From positions 62,001-126,000 of the IMG/VR virus record IMGVR_UViG_3300028800_000001: 64,000 bases of DNA; one strand, 5' to 3'. A program made the position numbers and the translations under genes. The notes below the pieces were generated by a model that did no database searches, was not told where the DNA came from, and saw only the letters and a list, made by a program, of their open reading frames with translations. Below are positions 36,970 to 46,752 of the stretch, in pieces (position 1 is the stretch's first letter; the number at the start of each line of letters is the position of its first letter).

Positions 36970-37195
36970 GATCGTCTCCCAAAAGTTCTACTAAAATGGC
37001 TGCTTTTTCCTCGTCATCGGCCTGCGCAAAATGCTCTTTTGTGAAGCGCTCACTTGTCATACGCTCTTTGTGTTTGCGCATACGCGTGCGCATAGCTTTG
37101 CTGAATCTGCGCATGTCTTTCTGGTGCACGAAACTAAGAATTGTAAAACCCGTTCCGGCAAAGAGGAGTACCAATAGTAATAAGATGTCGTGCAT
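36962..37195 (-). CDS. small membrane-anchored protein
   Basis: TAATG overlap with PNK; N-terminal TM. Confidence 0.7.
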   Translation of the reverse strand: MHDILLLLVLLFAGTGFTILSFVHQKDMRRFSKAMRTRMRKHKERMTSERFTKEHFAQADDEEKAAILVELLGDDHE

Positions 37196-38046
37196 TAAAA
37201 ATCTCCCTCTGCGACTTGCAGACAGGTAAGTCCAAGCGACCGCCAAAGCCGCACTACTTGTGCGCGGTCATCAAGTGCGTACTTCACGTTGTATTTCCCT
37301 TCGATTTGCTCGTGATACATTTCTTCTTTGACGATGAAGTCTTTTCTGAAGTCACCATCTTTACGCATGAAGAGATCGTGTGCTTCGAAACAAAAACCAG
37401 CGGCTCGAAGCCATGTATAGGTCGCTTCACGAAATTTATCGTTACGTCCAGAGGTGAAGAGGATCGTGGTACCTTGACTGATTTCGCTAAAAACAAGTCC
37501 GGCCACGACACTATTGACGATGTCCTCAGAAAAATCACGATCATAGGGATTGGCATCTCCAAAGAGCGCAAGCGTCCCATCCAGATCTACAATAATTGCT
37601 TGCGGTGCGCCCTCAACAGGTGCAGGTGGAACTATCGGTTTTGCCAGATACCTGTTGTACATATCACGGATAACTTTTTCCCCGACATAGTTCTGGCGTT
37701 TTTTATCACGAGCAATACACTCATCCACCGTGACGTGTGTGAAGTCTTTTATTTCTAACTTCGCGTTATTCTTCTTGGCACACTCTTGCCACATTGTTTG
37801 CGCAGAAGGTGAAAGATTACAATCATCCACCACAATATTCCACCCCCTCGCAAAGAAATAGTCAGCATGCAACAATTCTAACGCTCGTATATCTTTTTCT
37901 TTTGACGAAGAGCTCTGCCCTGCATCCGTCATCTCACGGAGTAAATCCCTGTTTATTCTTTTATAGTGCTCGTCGTGCACCAACTGCTTTGCATAGGTAC
38001 TTTTCCCAGAGGCCGGTAAGCCCAAAGTTATGATGAGTGTCTTCAA
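37195..38046 (-). CDS. pseT: polynucleotide 5'-kinase/3'-phosphatase (T4 PseT-like)
   Basis: GLPASGKST, INRD, VDLDGT, TSGR, DDRAQVV, CLQVAEGDF. Confidence 0.92.
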   Translation of the reverse strand: MKTLIITLGLPASGKSTYAKQLVHDEHYKRINRDLLREMTDAGQSSSSKEKDIRALELLHADYFFARGWNIVVDDCNLSPSAQTMWQECAKKNNAKLEIKDFTHVTVDECIARDKKRQNYVGEKVIRDMYNRYLAKPIVPPAPVEGAPQAIIVDLDGTLALFGDANPYDRDFSEDIVNSVVAGLVFSEISQGTTILFTSGRNDKFREATYTWLRAAGFCFEAHDLFMRKDGDFRKDFIVKEEMYHEQIEGKYNVKYALDDRAQVVRLWRSLGLTCLQVAEGDF

Positions 38047-38058
38047 TTTTGTTTCTCC

Positions 38059-38433
38059 TTATCTATGAATGTTTACTTGATATTCTGGTATCATCGCCTG
38101 CGTAATCGGTGTTTCTTGATAGCACGTAAACGCTTTAATGCTCGCATCGAGGAAAGCAATCTTTTTCTCTACAACACCAACTTTTGCTTCAAACTTGTAA
38201 AAGAGATGTGCCGTTGCCTTCGCACGAAAATTCTTTGGAATACGTTGCAGGTTTTCTAACTCCGTGAGCGAGATCGCCTCCTGGCAATGCAGCAAAAAGA
38301 CATTTTCGTCCATCTTGATCACGGCCTGTTCGTACTGCTGTACCTCTGTAAGAATACGTTCTAACCTGCGCTCCAAGGTTGCTTTTTCTGTCTCTAAGCC
38401 CTGTAGGACTACTCTTATCGCTGTGCTGTACAT
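38059..38433 (-). CDS. coiled-coil hypothetical protein
   Basis: TAATG overlap. Confidence 0.7.
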   Translation of the reverse strand: MYSTAIRVVLQGLETEKATLERRLERILTEVQQYEQAVIKMDENVFLLHCQEAISLTELENLQRIPKNFRAKATAHLFYKFEAKVGVVEKKIAFLDASIKAFTCYQETPITQAMIPEYQVNIHR

Positions 38434-38798
38434 TACTTCTCCTCTTTTCCGTAGAGCGGCTCGTCCAGACCGCGAGTCGCGTAGTTGCGCAATGCGGAGA
38501 GCGTGGCTTGGAGAAATTCCCGCTTTTCTCGATAAAGCTCTGTGCGCTCTTCTGCCAGCGTGCAGACTACACGCAAGCGCTCATAATACTGTTTTTTCGG
38601 GTGTAGTGCACTGATACGTTCCAAAATGTCTTGTGGGATCATGCTCTCGCTTACTTGCACGAATTGTTCCTGGCTGAGTGCGTCCATCTCGTTCTCAAAC
38701 GCCTCTATCTCGTTACTCACTTCGCGCTCTCGTGCGTCCAGCGCTTCTAACTCCGTTGCAATCTGGCCCATAGCCTGTAAAATGTATGATTTCTCCAT
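38433..38798 (-). CDS. coiled-coil hypothetical protein
   Basis: AGGAGG SD. Confidence 0.75.
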   Translation of the reverse strand: MEKSYILQAMGQIATELEALDAREREVSNEIEAFENEMDALSQEQFVQVSESMIPQDILERISALHPKKQYYERLRVVCTLAEERTELYREKREFLQATLSALRNYATRGLDEPLYGKEEK

Positions 38799-38806
38799 GC
38801 GTCCTC

Positions 38807-39235
38807 CTAAAAATCTGGAAAGCTCTCAACGCTTGCCTCTTGTGGTTGAATACGTACTCTGATCACCTTGAGTGCTTCGCTATATTCGATACACCAGAGT
38901 GAGCCGTCACGACCGTCATCTGGACTGATCGGATCAAAAAAGAGATAGTGATTGCTTGGACAAATCCAGCAGGATGCCCCTGGCGTATAAATGTTTTTCT
39001 CGCAATCATCGTCACTCGCAATCCAGAAATTGACTGGCGAACGATAATTGCCGAAGCTGTGTGGCGCGGTGTAATAGCCTTGCGAAAGCTTGCCATCAAG
39101 CTCAATATATGTGTATTCTTGCCACTCTCGGTGCTCAAATGCATCGCAGAGGTAGCGTATACGGTTCGCCACAAAGGGTGGTAATCCCAGGCGTTCCGTC
39201 AAAGGACGCACCACGCCCGTTGGTAATCTGGTCAT
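38807..39235 (-). CDS. hypothetical protein
   Basis: GGGAG SD before MTRLPT, first gene after P9. Confidence 0.75.
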   Translation of the reverse strand: MTRLPTGVVRPLTERLGLPPFVANRIRYLCDAFEHREWQEYTYIELDGKLSQGYYTAPHSFGNYRSPVNFWIASDDDCEKNIYTPGASCWICPSNHYLFFDPISPDDGRDGSLWCIEYSEALKVIRVRIQPQEASVESFPDF

Positions 39236-39268
39236 GTTTTTCTCCCTGCATTCTTTTTCAATACAGGA

Positions 39269-39323
39269 AGTATAGGTCGAAATAAAAAAGAAGTCAAGCA
39301 TTTTTTCTCTGTATTTTCAGAAA
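39269..39323 (-). promoter_or_regulatory. promoter module P9
   Basis: TTTCTGAAAATAC...TTGACT-N17-TATACT. Confidence 0.85.
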
Positions 39324-39341
39324 CGCTTAACTTCTTTTACG

Positions 39342-39806
39342 TTACTCTTCGAGCAATCGCTCCAGTTTCTCTAGAGTGGTGCGTAACTCAGAGAGGACTG
39401 CGCGAATGCGCTGTGTACGTCCTGCATCCTTTGCTCCGTTCTCATAGAAACCGTTGAATATTTTACGATTCCGATCTTGGCGCTTTCTCCATTCCATCTC
39501 ATTCATTGCATCAATAATTGGTTGCTGCTCGATAAGACTTCGCATAGGAAGCTTTGGTGTCACTTCCTCGCGCCTTGGCGGCAAGATCAATCGGTATTTC
39601 ATTGCTTGGTAAAAATTACCAAAGATAACGGAACCAAAGGTATTGTACAGTTCTTCGATCACAGTCTCTTTAAGTTTTACCGACGCGTTAAAAGATTGGG
39701 CGGTAACCACCAGCATCTTGCGCAGATCCTCACTAGATGCCTCTGAAAGTTGTTGATACCACTCCTCGCGCACCGTTTTGTCTTCAAAGTGTTCTAGCAG
39801 TTCCAT
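39342..39806 (-). CDS. hypothetical protein, paralog of 57844-58416
   Basis: LKETVIEELYNTFGSVIFGNFYQAMKY...PKLPMRSL. Confidence 0.8.
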   Translation of the reverse strand: MELLEHFEDKTVREEWYQQLSEASSEDLRKMLVVTAQSFNASVKLKETVIEELYNTFGSVIFGNFYQAMKYRLILPPRREEVTPKLPMRSLIEQQPIIDAMNEMEWRKRQDRNRKIFNGFYENGAKDAGRTQRIRAVLSELRTTLEKLERLLEE

Positions 39807-39809
39807 ATT

Positions 39810-40856
39810 TTATCCTTCCTCGTCTACTGCAAAAGGTTTGGTGGCCGCTGGATAGAGCAATTTCCAGATAGCCTCTTGATAATTTTTGTGATCAAGCATT
39901 GAAAACACAATACCAGAGTACCGAGTTTTGACCACCACAAGCGCCTGCTCTTTGCGCGAAGGCAGATCTTGTACCTGCACCACGATTTGCGCGCATTCCT
40001 GCTCGATAGCCGCAAACTGCGCCAACAATTCAGCGTTAGTTTTCTTCACCCAGTTGTAAAATTCATCCGGTACCCGATCAAGGAATTGTTCTAACGACTG
40101 TCCGCTTTTGAGTATTTCCCAGATGGTACGAGCGTTACACTGAGTAAGCAGCCTATGAAGTCTCTTATACTCCTCCATCTTGATTTTCACGCGAAGCCCA
40201 GAGGAGAAGCGTACTACAAAGCCCTCTTTGTTGGCTTCCTGTATTCTTGAGAGCGCCGCCACATCAGCCACACCATCATAGTGCTTCACGACTGGAAACG
40301 GAATCTCTTTTAAAAATTCAGGATTGCGTATAAGGGAAAGATCGCGACCGGTCTCAGTTTTAATAATCGTTAGCAGCACCAGATCATCCATATCACCGTA
40401 ATCGACCACGATTCTGTTATTTTTGTAGATCACTTCAAAAAGATAAGTGTACCCTTCTTTGAAACAAAAATCGCCGTACTTTCTCGCTAAGACCTCAGTA
40501 CCATGGAGCGCCTGCTCAGACGCAAAGCTCCCACGGGTTGCGGTGATCACTTCACCTTTATAGAGACACGCGATGAACAAGGAGCCATCCATTTTCTCAG
40601 TCACCACAAATGGCTCAATTGGCAGTGGCTCGTTGATCTGCTCTGCGTTGAAGAATTTTTTGAAGGGCCGTCCGATCACTTCGCCTGCGGTATCAGTGAT
40701 GAGTCCACGAGCGGAGAGAGTGACCTCATCCCACATGTTGTCATATTGCGCTTTTGCGGTATAATTCCAGATCAGCAAATTATGCACTGGATGCTCTCGG
40801 CAAGTAATATAGCCATCAGCCTCGTGCTGACGGTATGCAGTCAAATCTATGTTCAT
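39810..40856 (-). CDS. RNA ligase, T4 Rnl1 (RnlA)-like
   Basis: SARGLI, RPFKKFFN, EKMDGS, TRGSF, FEVIY.NNRIVVDY, EGFVV, KIK..EY. Confidence 0.92.
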   Translation of the reverse strand: MNIDLTAYRQHEADGYITCREHPVHNLLIWNYTAKAQYDNMWDEVTLSARGLITDTAGEVIGRPFKKFFNAEQINEPLPIEPFVVTEKMDGSLFIACLYKGEVITATRGSFASEQALHGTEVLARKYGDFCFKEGYTYLFEVIYKNNRIVVDYGDMDDLVLLTIIKTETGRDLSLIRNPEFLKEIPFPVVKHYDGVADVAALSRIQEANKEGFVVRFSSGLRVKIKMEEYKRLHRLLTQCNARTIWEILKSGQSLEQFLDRVPDEFYNWVKKTNAELLAQFAAIEQECAQIVVQVQDLPSRKEQALVVVKTRYSGIVFSMLDHKNYQEAIWKLLYPAATKPFAVDEEG

Positions 40857-40870
40857 CGTTTTTCTCCTTT

Positions 40871-41218
40871 TTAGGTTAGCTCCATATGTTTAAATGCGCT
40901 CGGATCGTCCCAAACAAGCTCTCCGAGCGCCTGGACAATATCGGTTATTGGGAAGGGGTGCGGTGTTGTGATATAAAAGTCGTGCCCCTTCCCTTCTGTC
41001 AGGGTACGCGTCGCAGTCTCACAACTTGGTAAAATACCGTCAAGCGATACCAGATGATTATAGGCCACCATATAAAAACTGGCGTGTAACAACCGCGTGC
41101 GTTCCCAGATAATAGAATAGATCACGCTTCCCTTCGGCAGTTTTTCCTGCCACGCCTGCTTATAGAGCATCAAGTGCCTCCTGCATCGCCAATAATTCCG
41201 CTTTGCGATCAACCGCAT
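40871..41218 (-). CDS. hypothetical protein
   Basis: ORF tiling. Confidence 0.6.
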   Translation of the reverse strand: MRLIAKRNYWRCRRHLMLYKQAWQEKLPKGSVIYSIIWERTRLLHASFYMVAYNHLVSLDGILPSCETATRTLTEGKGHDFYITTPHPFPITDIVQALGELVWDDPSAFKHMELT

Positions 41219-41816
41219 GAAGTACTATGCGCTTTTGGTAGCGCGCTAAAACGACTGTCTCTATCTGCTCAGCCGAAAGACCAAGCGGTGTGGTCATTTC
41301 TTGCAAGCGGTCTTGATAAAACTCGTCCAAGAACGCAGATAAAAAGAGAATTTCTCCGGCGCTGTCCAGCAAGCGCAATGTTTCCATATGCACTGGGTGC
41401 AAGCTGGCGAGCAGTTCAAAGCGGTTCATGGCAAAGAGAAGATATTTTCCTGCCTGACTCGGTGTGTATGGTACTTCTCCGTGGATCGTAAAAAGCTCGT
41501 CTTTATGCTGCTGAAACCAGAGTTGAAGTGTGGTCATTTGTTCCTCTTTTGTCGTGATATAACGTGACAAATCAATACCGGTCGAGACCATTGCATCATG
41601 GAGCATCCTGTCCTGCCTCTGATCTCCCAGGTAATCTAATTGTCCTCTATACTGGCGTCCGAACGCCTCTACCACCTGCTCCACACTGCTATCGCAACGT
41701 AGCAACAGCCCCAGGATAAATTCCTCTGTGAGCGTCTTTTGAATGGCGTCACGATCTGGCACGCCGTTTGGTGCAAAACGCTTGAGCACCTGCTCGTACT
41801 GATTACTCGTATCCAT
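41160..41816 (-). CDS. hypothetical protein
   Basis: GGAGG SD before MDTSNQ. Confidence 0.75.
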   Translation of the reverse strand: MDTSNQYEQVLKRFAPNGVPDRDAIQKTLTEEFILGLLLRCDSSVEQVVEAFGRQYRGQLDYLGDQRQDRMLHDAMVSTGIDLSRYITTKEEQMTTLQLWFQQHKDELFTIHGEVPYTPSQAGKYLLFAMNRFELLASLHPVHMETLRLLDSAGEILFLSAFLDEFYQDRLQEMTTPLGLSAEQIETVVLARYQKRIVLHAVDRKAELLAMQEALDAL

Positions 41817-42066
41817 ATTCCTCCCATTGTGTGCGCCAAGCATGATCAACAATATCACTACGATCAAAACGCGCATTGAGATCATCGCAAATATCCTGCA
41901 CCCCAATGCATCCTGGTTCGGTGTAGATGAGTTGACGCCCACGATCCATTTCGAGCACGTCGCTGCGCAGGTAATCCCAGATAGAATACAAGCAGGGGAA
42001 ACCTGCCCAATCCTTTTCTACGTCTACGCGAAAGCGCTTGTAAGTGCGCCCATACTGATCAATCAT
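41803..42066 (-). CDS. hypothetical protein
   Basis: GAGGAAGAG SD before MIDQYG. Confidence 0.7.
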   Translation of the reverse strand: MIDQYGRTYKRFRVDVEKDWAGFPCLYSIWDYLRSDVLEMDRGRQLIYTEPGCIGVQDICDDLNARFDRSDIVDHAWRTQWEEYGYE

Positions 42067-42454
42067 CTCTTCCTCCTCGCATGCAGATGGCCGGAAGATG
42101 CGCCTCCGTGGCCGCTCCAATAGTGGTGGTCGTATTGACCTTTTGCGTAACCACTACTGGTTGGCGCGCAACCAGCGGCTTACGCGGCGTTAAGAGAAAT
42201 GTACGCTGCGCAACCGTTAAGCTGCGGATATAGCTGACAACGCACCCGATATGCGCACACATACTGCGGTGCTCGTAGCTTTTGCAGTCGCACGCGAAAC
42301 CGGAAGGCGTACAGACCACCGCGTGCTTGAGGAGATCGCGTGTCTGGCTATCCACCAGAAAAACACGCCGTCCTGCTTTATTGAAGCTCTTTGCGGTGTA
42401 AATACGCAATCCCAGGCGCTTAGCGCGAGCCATTGCCATCTCTAGTGTATACAT
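42059..42454 (-). CDS. SWIM zinc-finger protein
   Basis: CDCKSYEHRSMCAH (CxC-n-CxH). Confidence 0.75.
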   Translation of the reverse strand: MYTLEMAMARAKRLGLRIYTAKSFNKAGRRVFLVDSQTRDLLKHAVVCTPSGFACDCKSYEHRSMCAHIGCVVSYIRSLTVAQRTFLLTPRKPLVARQPVVVTQKVNTTTTIGAATEAHLPAICMRGGRDD

Positions 42455-42468
42455 TTCTTTTTCCTTTC

Positions 42469-42669
42469 TTAGCGCTGTCCACGCGGGGCTTTTTTCGCAG
42501 AAAACAAGACCTGATCAAAGGCGACCCAATCGACATCCTCGCCCTGCTCTGGCGTACATCCACACCAGAACACGCCACCGGCTTTCGCTTGCTTCGTCAG
42601 ATCAATCAGCTCAAAAGGCTTCTGGCATTCACAACAGATCACCGTATTCTCTAACGTTACTTCGTTCAT
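42469..42669 (-). CDS. small Cys-containing protein
   Basis: TTCAAGGAG leader, first gene after P10. Confidence 0.7.
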   Translation of the reverse strand: MNEVTLENTVICCECQKPFELIDLTKQAKAGGVFWCGCTPEQGEDVDWVAFDQVLFSAKKAPRGQR

Positions 42670-42730
42670 CGTGCTTCTCCTTGAATTAATTATTTTTTCT
42701 TTTCTTGACGAAATTCATTTTCTAAAATTA

Positions 42731-42785
42731 ATTATACGGCAGGAAACACGAAAAGACAAGCGTTTTTTCTATGAATATTCAGAAA
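42731..42785 (-). promoter_or_regulatory. promoter module P10
   Basis: TTTCTGAATATTC...TTGTCT-N17-TATAAT. Confidence 0.8.
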
Positions 42786-42822
42786 AATAAAAAGAGGAGA
42801 GAAGATGTTGCACTTCTCTCCT
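42783..42822 (-). terminator. intrinsic terminator abutting P10
   Basis: AGGAGAGAAG/CTTCTCTCCT stem then CTTTTTATTTTT. Confidence 0.75.
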
Positions 42823-42840
42823 GAGATAAAGGGGGATGAG

Positions 42841-43137
42841 TTACTCAGGTGCAATCGTAGCGGTCAACCCTGTACTTTGAATACGCTCTTGATAGAGTTC
42901 TGCAACCTCTTTCATACAGACCACCACGACGGCTTTGCCCTCTTTATGGGCGGTCGCCACAATAGTAGTTACATTTTGCAGTCCTGGGACTGCTTTCTTG
43001 ATCGCCTGAATAACATATTCAAATGTGTGATAATCATCATTATGAAGAAGCACCGCAAAGCGGCCAAAGAACATTTCTTTGTACTTCTCCATTACATCTG
43101 GTTTAATCAATACTTCGTTCAACGTCTCACCTTTCAA
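42841..43137 (-). CDS. clpS: ATP-dependent Clp protease adaptor ClpS
   Basis: VLLHNDDYHTFEYVI, AHKEGKAVV, EVAELY, GLTATI. Confidence 0.9.
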   Translation of the reverse strand: MKGETLNEVLIKPDVMEKYKEMFFGRFAVLLHNDDYHTFEYVIQAIKKAVPGLQNVTTIVATAHKEGKAVVVVCMKEVAELYQERIQSTGLTATIAPE

Positions 43138-43778
43138 AGGAGTTCATCGTATTCCTGCGCTTGCAACGCAGTTTCCTCTTCATCTGTCGCGGCGAGCGGT
43201 CTCGCACCCGAACAGACGAGATCAATATACCCATCTTCTAAGAGTTTAGCAACTGGCGAATAGCGCCACATCAACGGATAACTGTAAACAAGAAACGGCT
43301 CTTCCTCGCTCAGATCATCAGTGATCAGAAGCGCGTCCGTCATTCCAGCGTAGCCATCCACGCCGTTACGCATTTCACGCCAGCCGTTGCTCAGTTGATG
43401 CTCAATCACTTCCAAAAAACCAGCATCACTGCCCTGTGCGCGTGCAAAGATTTCTTCGACTTCGCGTCGGCTCCGTAGTGCCAACCGGTATCCATCTTCA
43501 GGACGCTTAATAAATTCCACCAAAGGATTATGGCCTTGCCAGATGTAGTAGCAAAAAAGCGAGAGCTTGACTAGCTCTGTATCCATCTGGAGTGCGCGTG
43601 ACAAACTGACACGGCGTCTCGGTAGTTCTTTGAGAGGAAAAGCGAGAGAACAGACCGTCCCGTCAACGCGGTAGAAACTGTCTATCGTATCAGCATTTCC
43701 CTCTCCGTCTCGCTCGTCATCGTAGAAGAGCGTTGAGAGGAGCTGTCCCTTATATTCATAAAATTGTGCGCTTCTCAT
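43134..43778 (-). CDS. hypothetical protein
   Basis: 4-nt overlaps. Confidence 0.75.
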   Translation of the reverse strand: MRSAQFYEYKGQLLSTLFYDDERDGEGNADTIDSFYRVDGTVCSLAFPLKELPRRRVSLSRALQMDTELVKLSLFCYYIWQGHNPLVEFIKRPEDGYRLALRSRREVEEIFARAQGSDAGFLEVIEHQLSNGWREMRNGVDGYAGMTDALLITDDLSEEEPFLVYSYPLMWRYSPVAKLLEDGYIDLVCSGARPLAATDEEETALQAQEYDELL

Positions 43779-44236
43779 GCGTTCTTCTCCTGCATTCTTT
43801 TGCGTTCCCGATTCCCCTGTACGATGTACCCACGCTGATACATGATAAAAGCCAGCGCGCTATAGAAGAGGATCAAAAATGCGCTTGGCTGAAGATTGCT
43901 GTGAAAAACAAAGCCAAAGACCAGACCAAGGCTGATCGGCAATGCATCATAAATGAAACGCATCGTGTTTGTTGCCGTGCCTCCACTTGGGAACAACACC
44001 ATCTGGCGCTTGCGAATCTTCGCCAATAAGTACGATACATCCACAAACAGGAAAATAGAAATAGCACTAAAAAGCGTGCTATACCATACCCCACTTGCAG
44101 TACGCGGAGCTATCCATACTGCAATAACGCTGGCAACAAAGCTTAACCACAAAAAATCAAAGAAGAGTTCTACACAAAATGTTTTTGTAAAAATTCCCCG
44201 ATTGTACCCCGTAATATCTTTGAGTGTCTCTTTCAT
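43775..44236 (-). CDS. membrane protein (about 4 TM)
   Basis: Four hydrophobic segments. Confidence 0.75.
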   Translation of the reverse strand: MKETLKDITGYNRGIFTKTFCVELFFDFLWLSFVASVIAVWIAPRTASGVWYSTLFSAISIFLFVDVSYLLAKIRKRQMVLFPSGGTATNTMRFIYDALPISLGLVFGFVFHSNLQPSAFLILFYSALAFIMYQRGYIVQGNRERKRMQEKNA

Positions 44237-44249
44237 TTTTTCTTGCTTT

Positions 44250-44642
44250 CTATAAAGGGAGCCAGAGATTGTCTTCTATCAACTGTTCCCATTCCTGCGG
44301 TATCCAGGTTGCGTACCCGCCCCAGAGAAAATCAGGAGCCCAGTGAGCGGGGAAGATTTCGTGAATATCAATCGTCTCTAGCCTCTCCTGATACGTCTCT
44401 TTGACCAGGGCAAACGCCTCCAGGGTACCTATCGAAAGGTAGTATCCATTGGTTTGCGAGGCACCATAAAGCTCGCTGCGAAATGCTTTATCGTATGGCT
44501 TTGCGGTCTCAAAATAGGCTTCCCCAAAATGAGACCCCTCTGTATGCTTCTCATGCTCAGGCGTATAAAAGCACATCTTGTCAATGCGCAAGTTAATCAT
44601 TTCCCCAGCGCTCATCGGCAGACCCCCAAACGCATACTTCAA
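44250..44642 (-). CDS. hypothetical protein (start uncertain)
   Basis: ORF tiling. Confidence 0.65.
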   Translation of the reverse strand: MKYAFGGLPMSAGEMINLRIDKMCFYTPEHEKHTEGSHFGEAYFETAKPYDKAFRSELYGASQTNGYYLSIGTLEAFALVKETYQERLETIDIHEIFPAHWAPDFLWGGYATWIPQEWEQLIEDNLWLPL

Positions 44643-44886
44643 AATGCTCTAAAATGACTTTTCGTTTCTCTTTTCCTACTTGCCATTCTATATAGGCATT
44701 GTTTCTTGTCTTCTGAAACAATGCCTCGATGATAAAATCAAATGCTTTTGTCGCGTCCTGGGCATTGCGAATGCTCTCATTAGCTTCAATAGCTGCGACG
44801 GTCGTGTCCACAAGTTCTTGTATTTCGTCACGTTTCTTTAAGTATTCACCCAGCTTGTCATACACAAAATTTACTCTGTCTTCCAT
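44593..44886 (-). CDS. hypothetical protein
   Basis: GAGGAAGG SD. Confidence 0.7.
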   Translation of the reverse strand: MEDRVNFVYDKLGEYLKKRDEIQELVDTTVAAIEANESIRNAQDATKAFDFIIEALFQKTRNNAYIEWQVGKEKRKVILEHFEVCVWGSADERWGND

Positions 44887-45287
44887 TCGCCTTCCTCTCC
44901 AATCTGATATGCATCTAAAATGTGTCCGTATTCCGCACGCGCTGATTCTGAAACATACGTGCGTAGAAACTGCTCACTTTGTGCTGCGCTAAACCCGTCT
45001 AAGAGACGGCGACCGCTGTAGGCCAAACAGAAATGAATAATGTGTAAGGCCAGCGGCTCTGTTGCTTGCTGCGAGCCATGAAGCTCCAACGTACCTTCGT
45101 AACGATAGTCGTCCTCGAAGATCACCGTAAAATCCACGTCGTCGGAACCACGCCCAACCGTGTCTTTCCAGGTGCGCAGTTTCGCTTCCGCCTGCTCCCA
45201 GATTTTTTCGCCTGTGAGGGTGACCTCACCCAATGTGGAAGTGAGGCCGGTCACCTTTTTGAGAATAATCTCTTTTGCTTTAAGCAT
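44871..45287 (-). CDS. hypothetical protein
   Basis: AAGGGG SD before MLKAKE. Confidence 0.7.
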   Translation of the reverse strand: MLKAKEIILKKVTGLTSTLGEVTLTGEKIWEQAEAKLRTWKDTVGRGSDDVDFTVIFEDDYRYEGTLELHGSQQATEPLALHIIHFCLAYSGRRLLDGFSAAQSEQFLRTYVSESARAEYGHILDAYQIGEEGEWKTE

Positions 45288-45615
45288 TTTGTACCCCTTC
45301 TTTTTCTTTCGGTGTTGCAAACGGATCGTAGCGCTCTTGCTTGTATCCTTTAAGCGCCCCTGCTTCGTATGCGGCCATCCGCGCCTCTGGGCACTCTGTG
45401 CAATAGCGATAGCAGCGCGCTGCACGCTCGAAAGCTGGACGAAATTGCTCATCCATGACCTCACCGTAGCGCCTTTTGTACCAGCGCCCAAATACCTCAC
45501 CATCCTGCACCGCAACCCCTTGAAAAAGAAGTTCCACCCAACGTGTCTGCTCTTCGCTAAAAGAGCAATCTTCTCCTGCTGTCACAAAGGTGTATCGTAC
45601 TTTCCAGCTTGCCAT
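45280..45615 (-). CDS. hypothetical protein
   Basis: TTCAAGGAG leader, first gene after P11. Confidence 0.75.
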   Translation of the reverse strand: MASWKVRYTFVTAGEDCSFSEEQTRWVELLFQGVAVQDGEVFGRWYKRRYGEVMDEQFRPAFERAARCYRYCTECPEARMAAYEAGALKGYKQERYDPFATPKEKEGVQNA

Positions 45616-45656
45616 TTCTTTTCTCCTTGAAATAAAACTTTCTTCTTTACATCCTA

Positions 45657-45711
45657 AGCATAGCCGGTTGCAAGAAGAAAGTCAATATATTTTTCTATGT
45701 ATTTTCAGAAA
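45657..45711 (-). promoter_or_regulatory. promoter module P11
   Basis: TTTCTGAAAATAC...TTGACT-N17-TATGCT. Confidence 0.85.
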
Positions 45712-45714
45712 TGA

Positions 45715-45972
45715 TTAATTCTCTTGCTTCTTTTTAAAAGAGCGTGCGAATTCATACATCAATTGCAAATTGCCAGAAAGGTTGAAGAGCTGCATAATAA
45801 TCACCACCATCACAGCAATGAGCACAGCAAGCGGAAAGGGCTCGCCCATGAGAAGCCCAAAGGAAGTGGAAGTTGGAACAACTAGCAGCGAGACGATGAA
45901 AAACTTGAGAGTGAAGAAGGAACGCGCAAAATCTTGCCAGCCATTCTTCCAATAGTTCAGAAAACGGTTCAT
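45715..45972 (-). CDS. small membrane protein (2 TM)
   Basis: AAGGAG SD before MNRFLN. Confidence 0.75.
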   Translation of the reverse strand: MNRFLNYWKNGWQDFARSFFTLKFFIVSLLVVPTSTSFGLLMGEPFPLAVLIAVMVVIIMQLFNLSGNLQLMYEFARSFKKKQEN

Positions 45973-46035
45973 AATATTCTCCTTCTCTATAAAAAAGCGA
46001 GAGCACACCGATACAAGCATGCTCTCGCGTGATCA

Positions 46036-46752
46036 CTAAGGTAGCACTGGCGTTGTGTACCCTTTGTCATAGCTGGTCGTCACTGCCTGATTGGTAATCA
46101 CTTCGCTCATGAGTGCAAATGCGGCTTTACCGTAGACTGGCTGCTCTGTCCCAACCTGGGCTGTGAGCGTGTCATCAGGAAAACCTCCGTACAGGAAGCC
46201 CCAAAATCCCTTTCGATCCTTGTTGAAGCGTCCGATCATAATGCTCATGTCTTGGCCGGTGGCAGAATAATTATCGTAGTAGCCGATCATAATCGCTTCT
46301 GCCTGTTTGTAGAAGTACGAAACGTTGCCGACATTAGGATAGGCGTTTGCCAGTTGGACATACACCTGATTGTTAATACTATTGAGGCCAGGAACGTTGC
46401 CAGTGCCTCCAACCATTGCAGGCTGTCGTGTGGCAACCGCGTTGATAATCGTGATCAGATCTTTGCTGTTCTCCTTGGCAATGCCGAGTGCGGCCTCAGA
46501 GTCCTGATAGTACTTACCCAAAGCACGCTGACAGGCAGCAAACTGTGTATTCATGTCAATCTCGTCACTGCTGATCGAGGCCATGATAGCTTGATGAGCA
46601 ACGAGCAGAAGAATGGCTACTGCCAGGACGCCGCAAATGGCTTTCCAATTGTTTGCAAAAATCCTATTCAAACTAAAGCCCTGTTGATTGCTGGGACGCA
46701 TCTTTCCCTCTGGGAAATCGTTGTTGGTTGGACGGTAATATTCTTGATTCAT
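46036..46752 (-). CDS. membrane-anchored helical protein, LemA-like
   Basis: N-terminal TM then helical body, AYPN motif, FP near C-terminus. Confidence 0.55.
   Translation of the reverse strand: MNQEYYRPTNNDFPEGKMRPSNQQGFSLNRIFANNWKAICGVLAVAILLLVAHQAIMASISSDEIDMNTQFAACQRALGKYYQDSEAALGIAKENSKDLITIINAVATRQPAMVGGTGNVPGLNSINNQVYVQLANAYPNVGNVSYFYKQAEAIMIGYYDNYSATGQDMSIMIGRFNKDRKGFWGFLYGGFPDDTLTAQVGTEQPVYGKAAFALMSEVITNQAVTTSYDKGYTTPVLP

Noticed and set aside
42805-43263. Plus-strand ORF with apparent SD
   Set aside because: The SD is one arm of the terminator and the ORF is antisense to clpS
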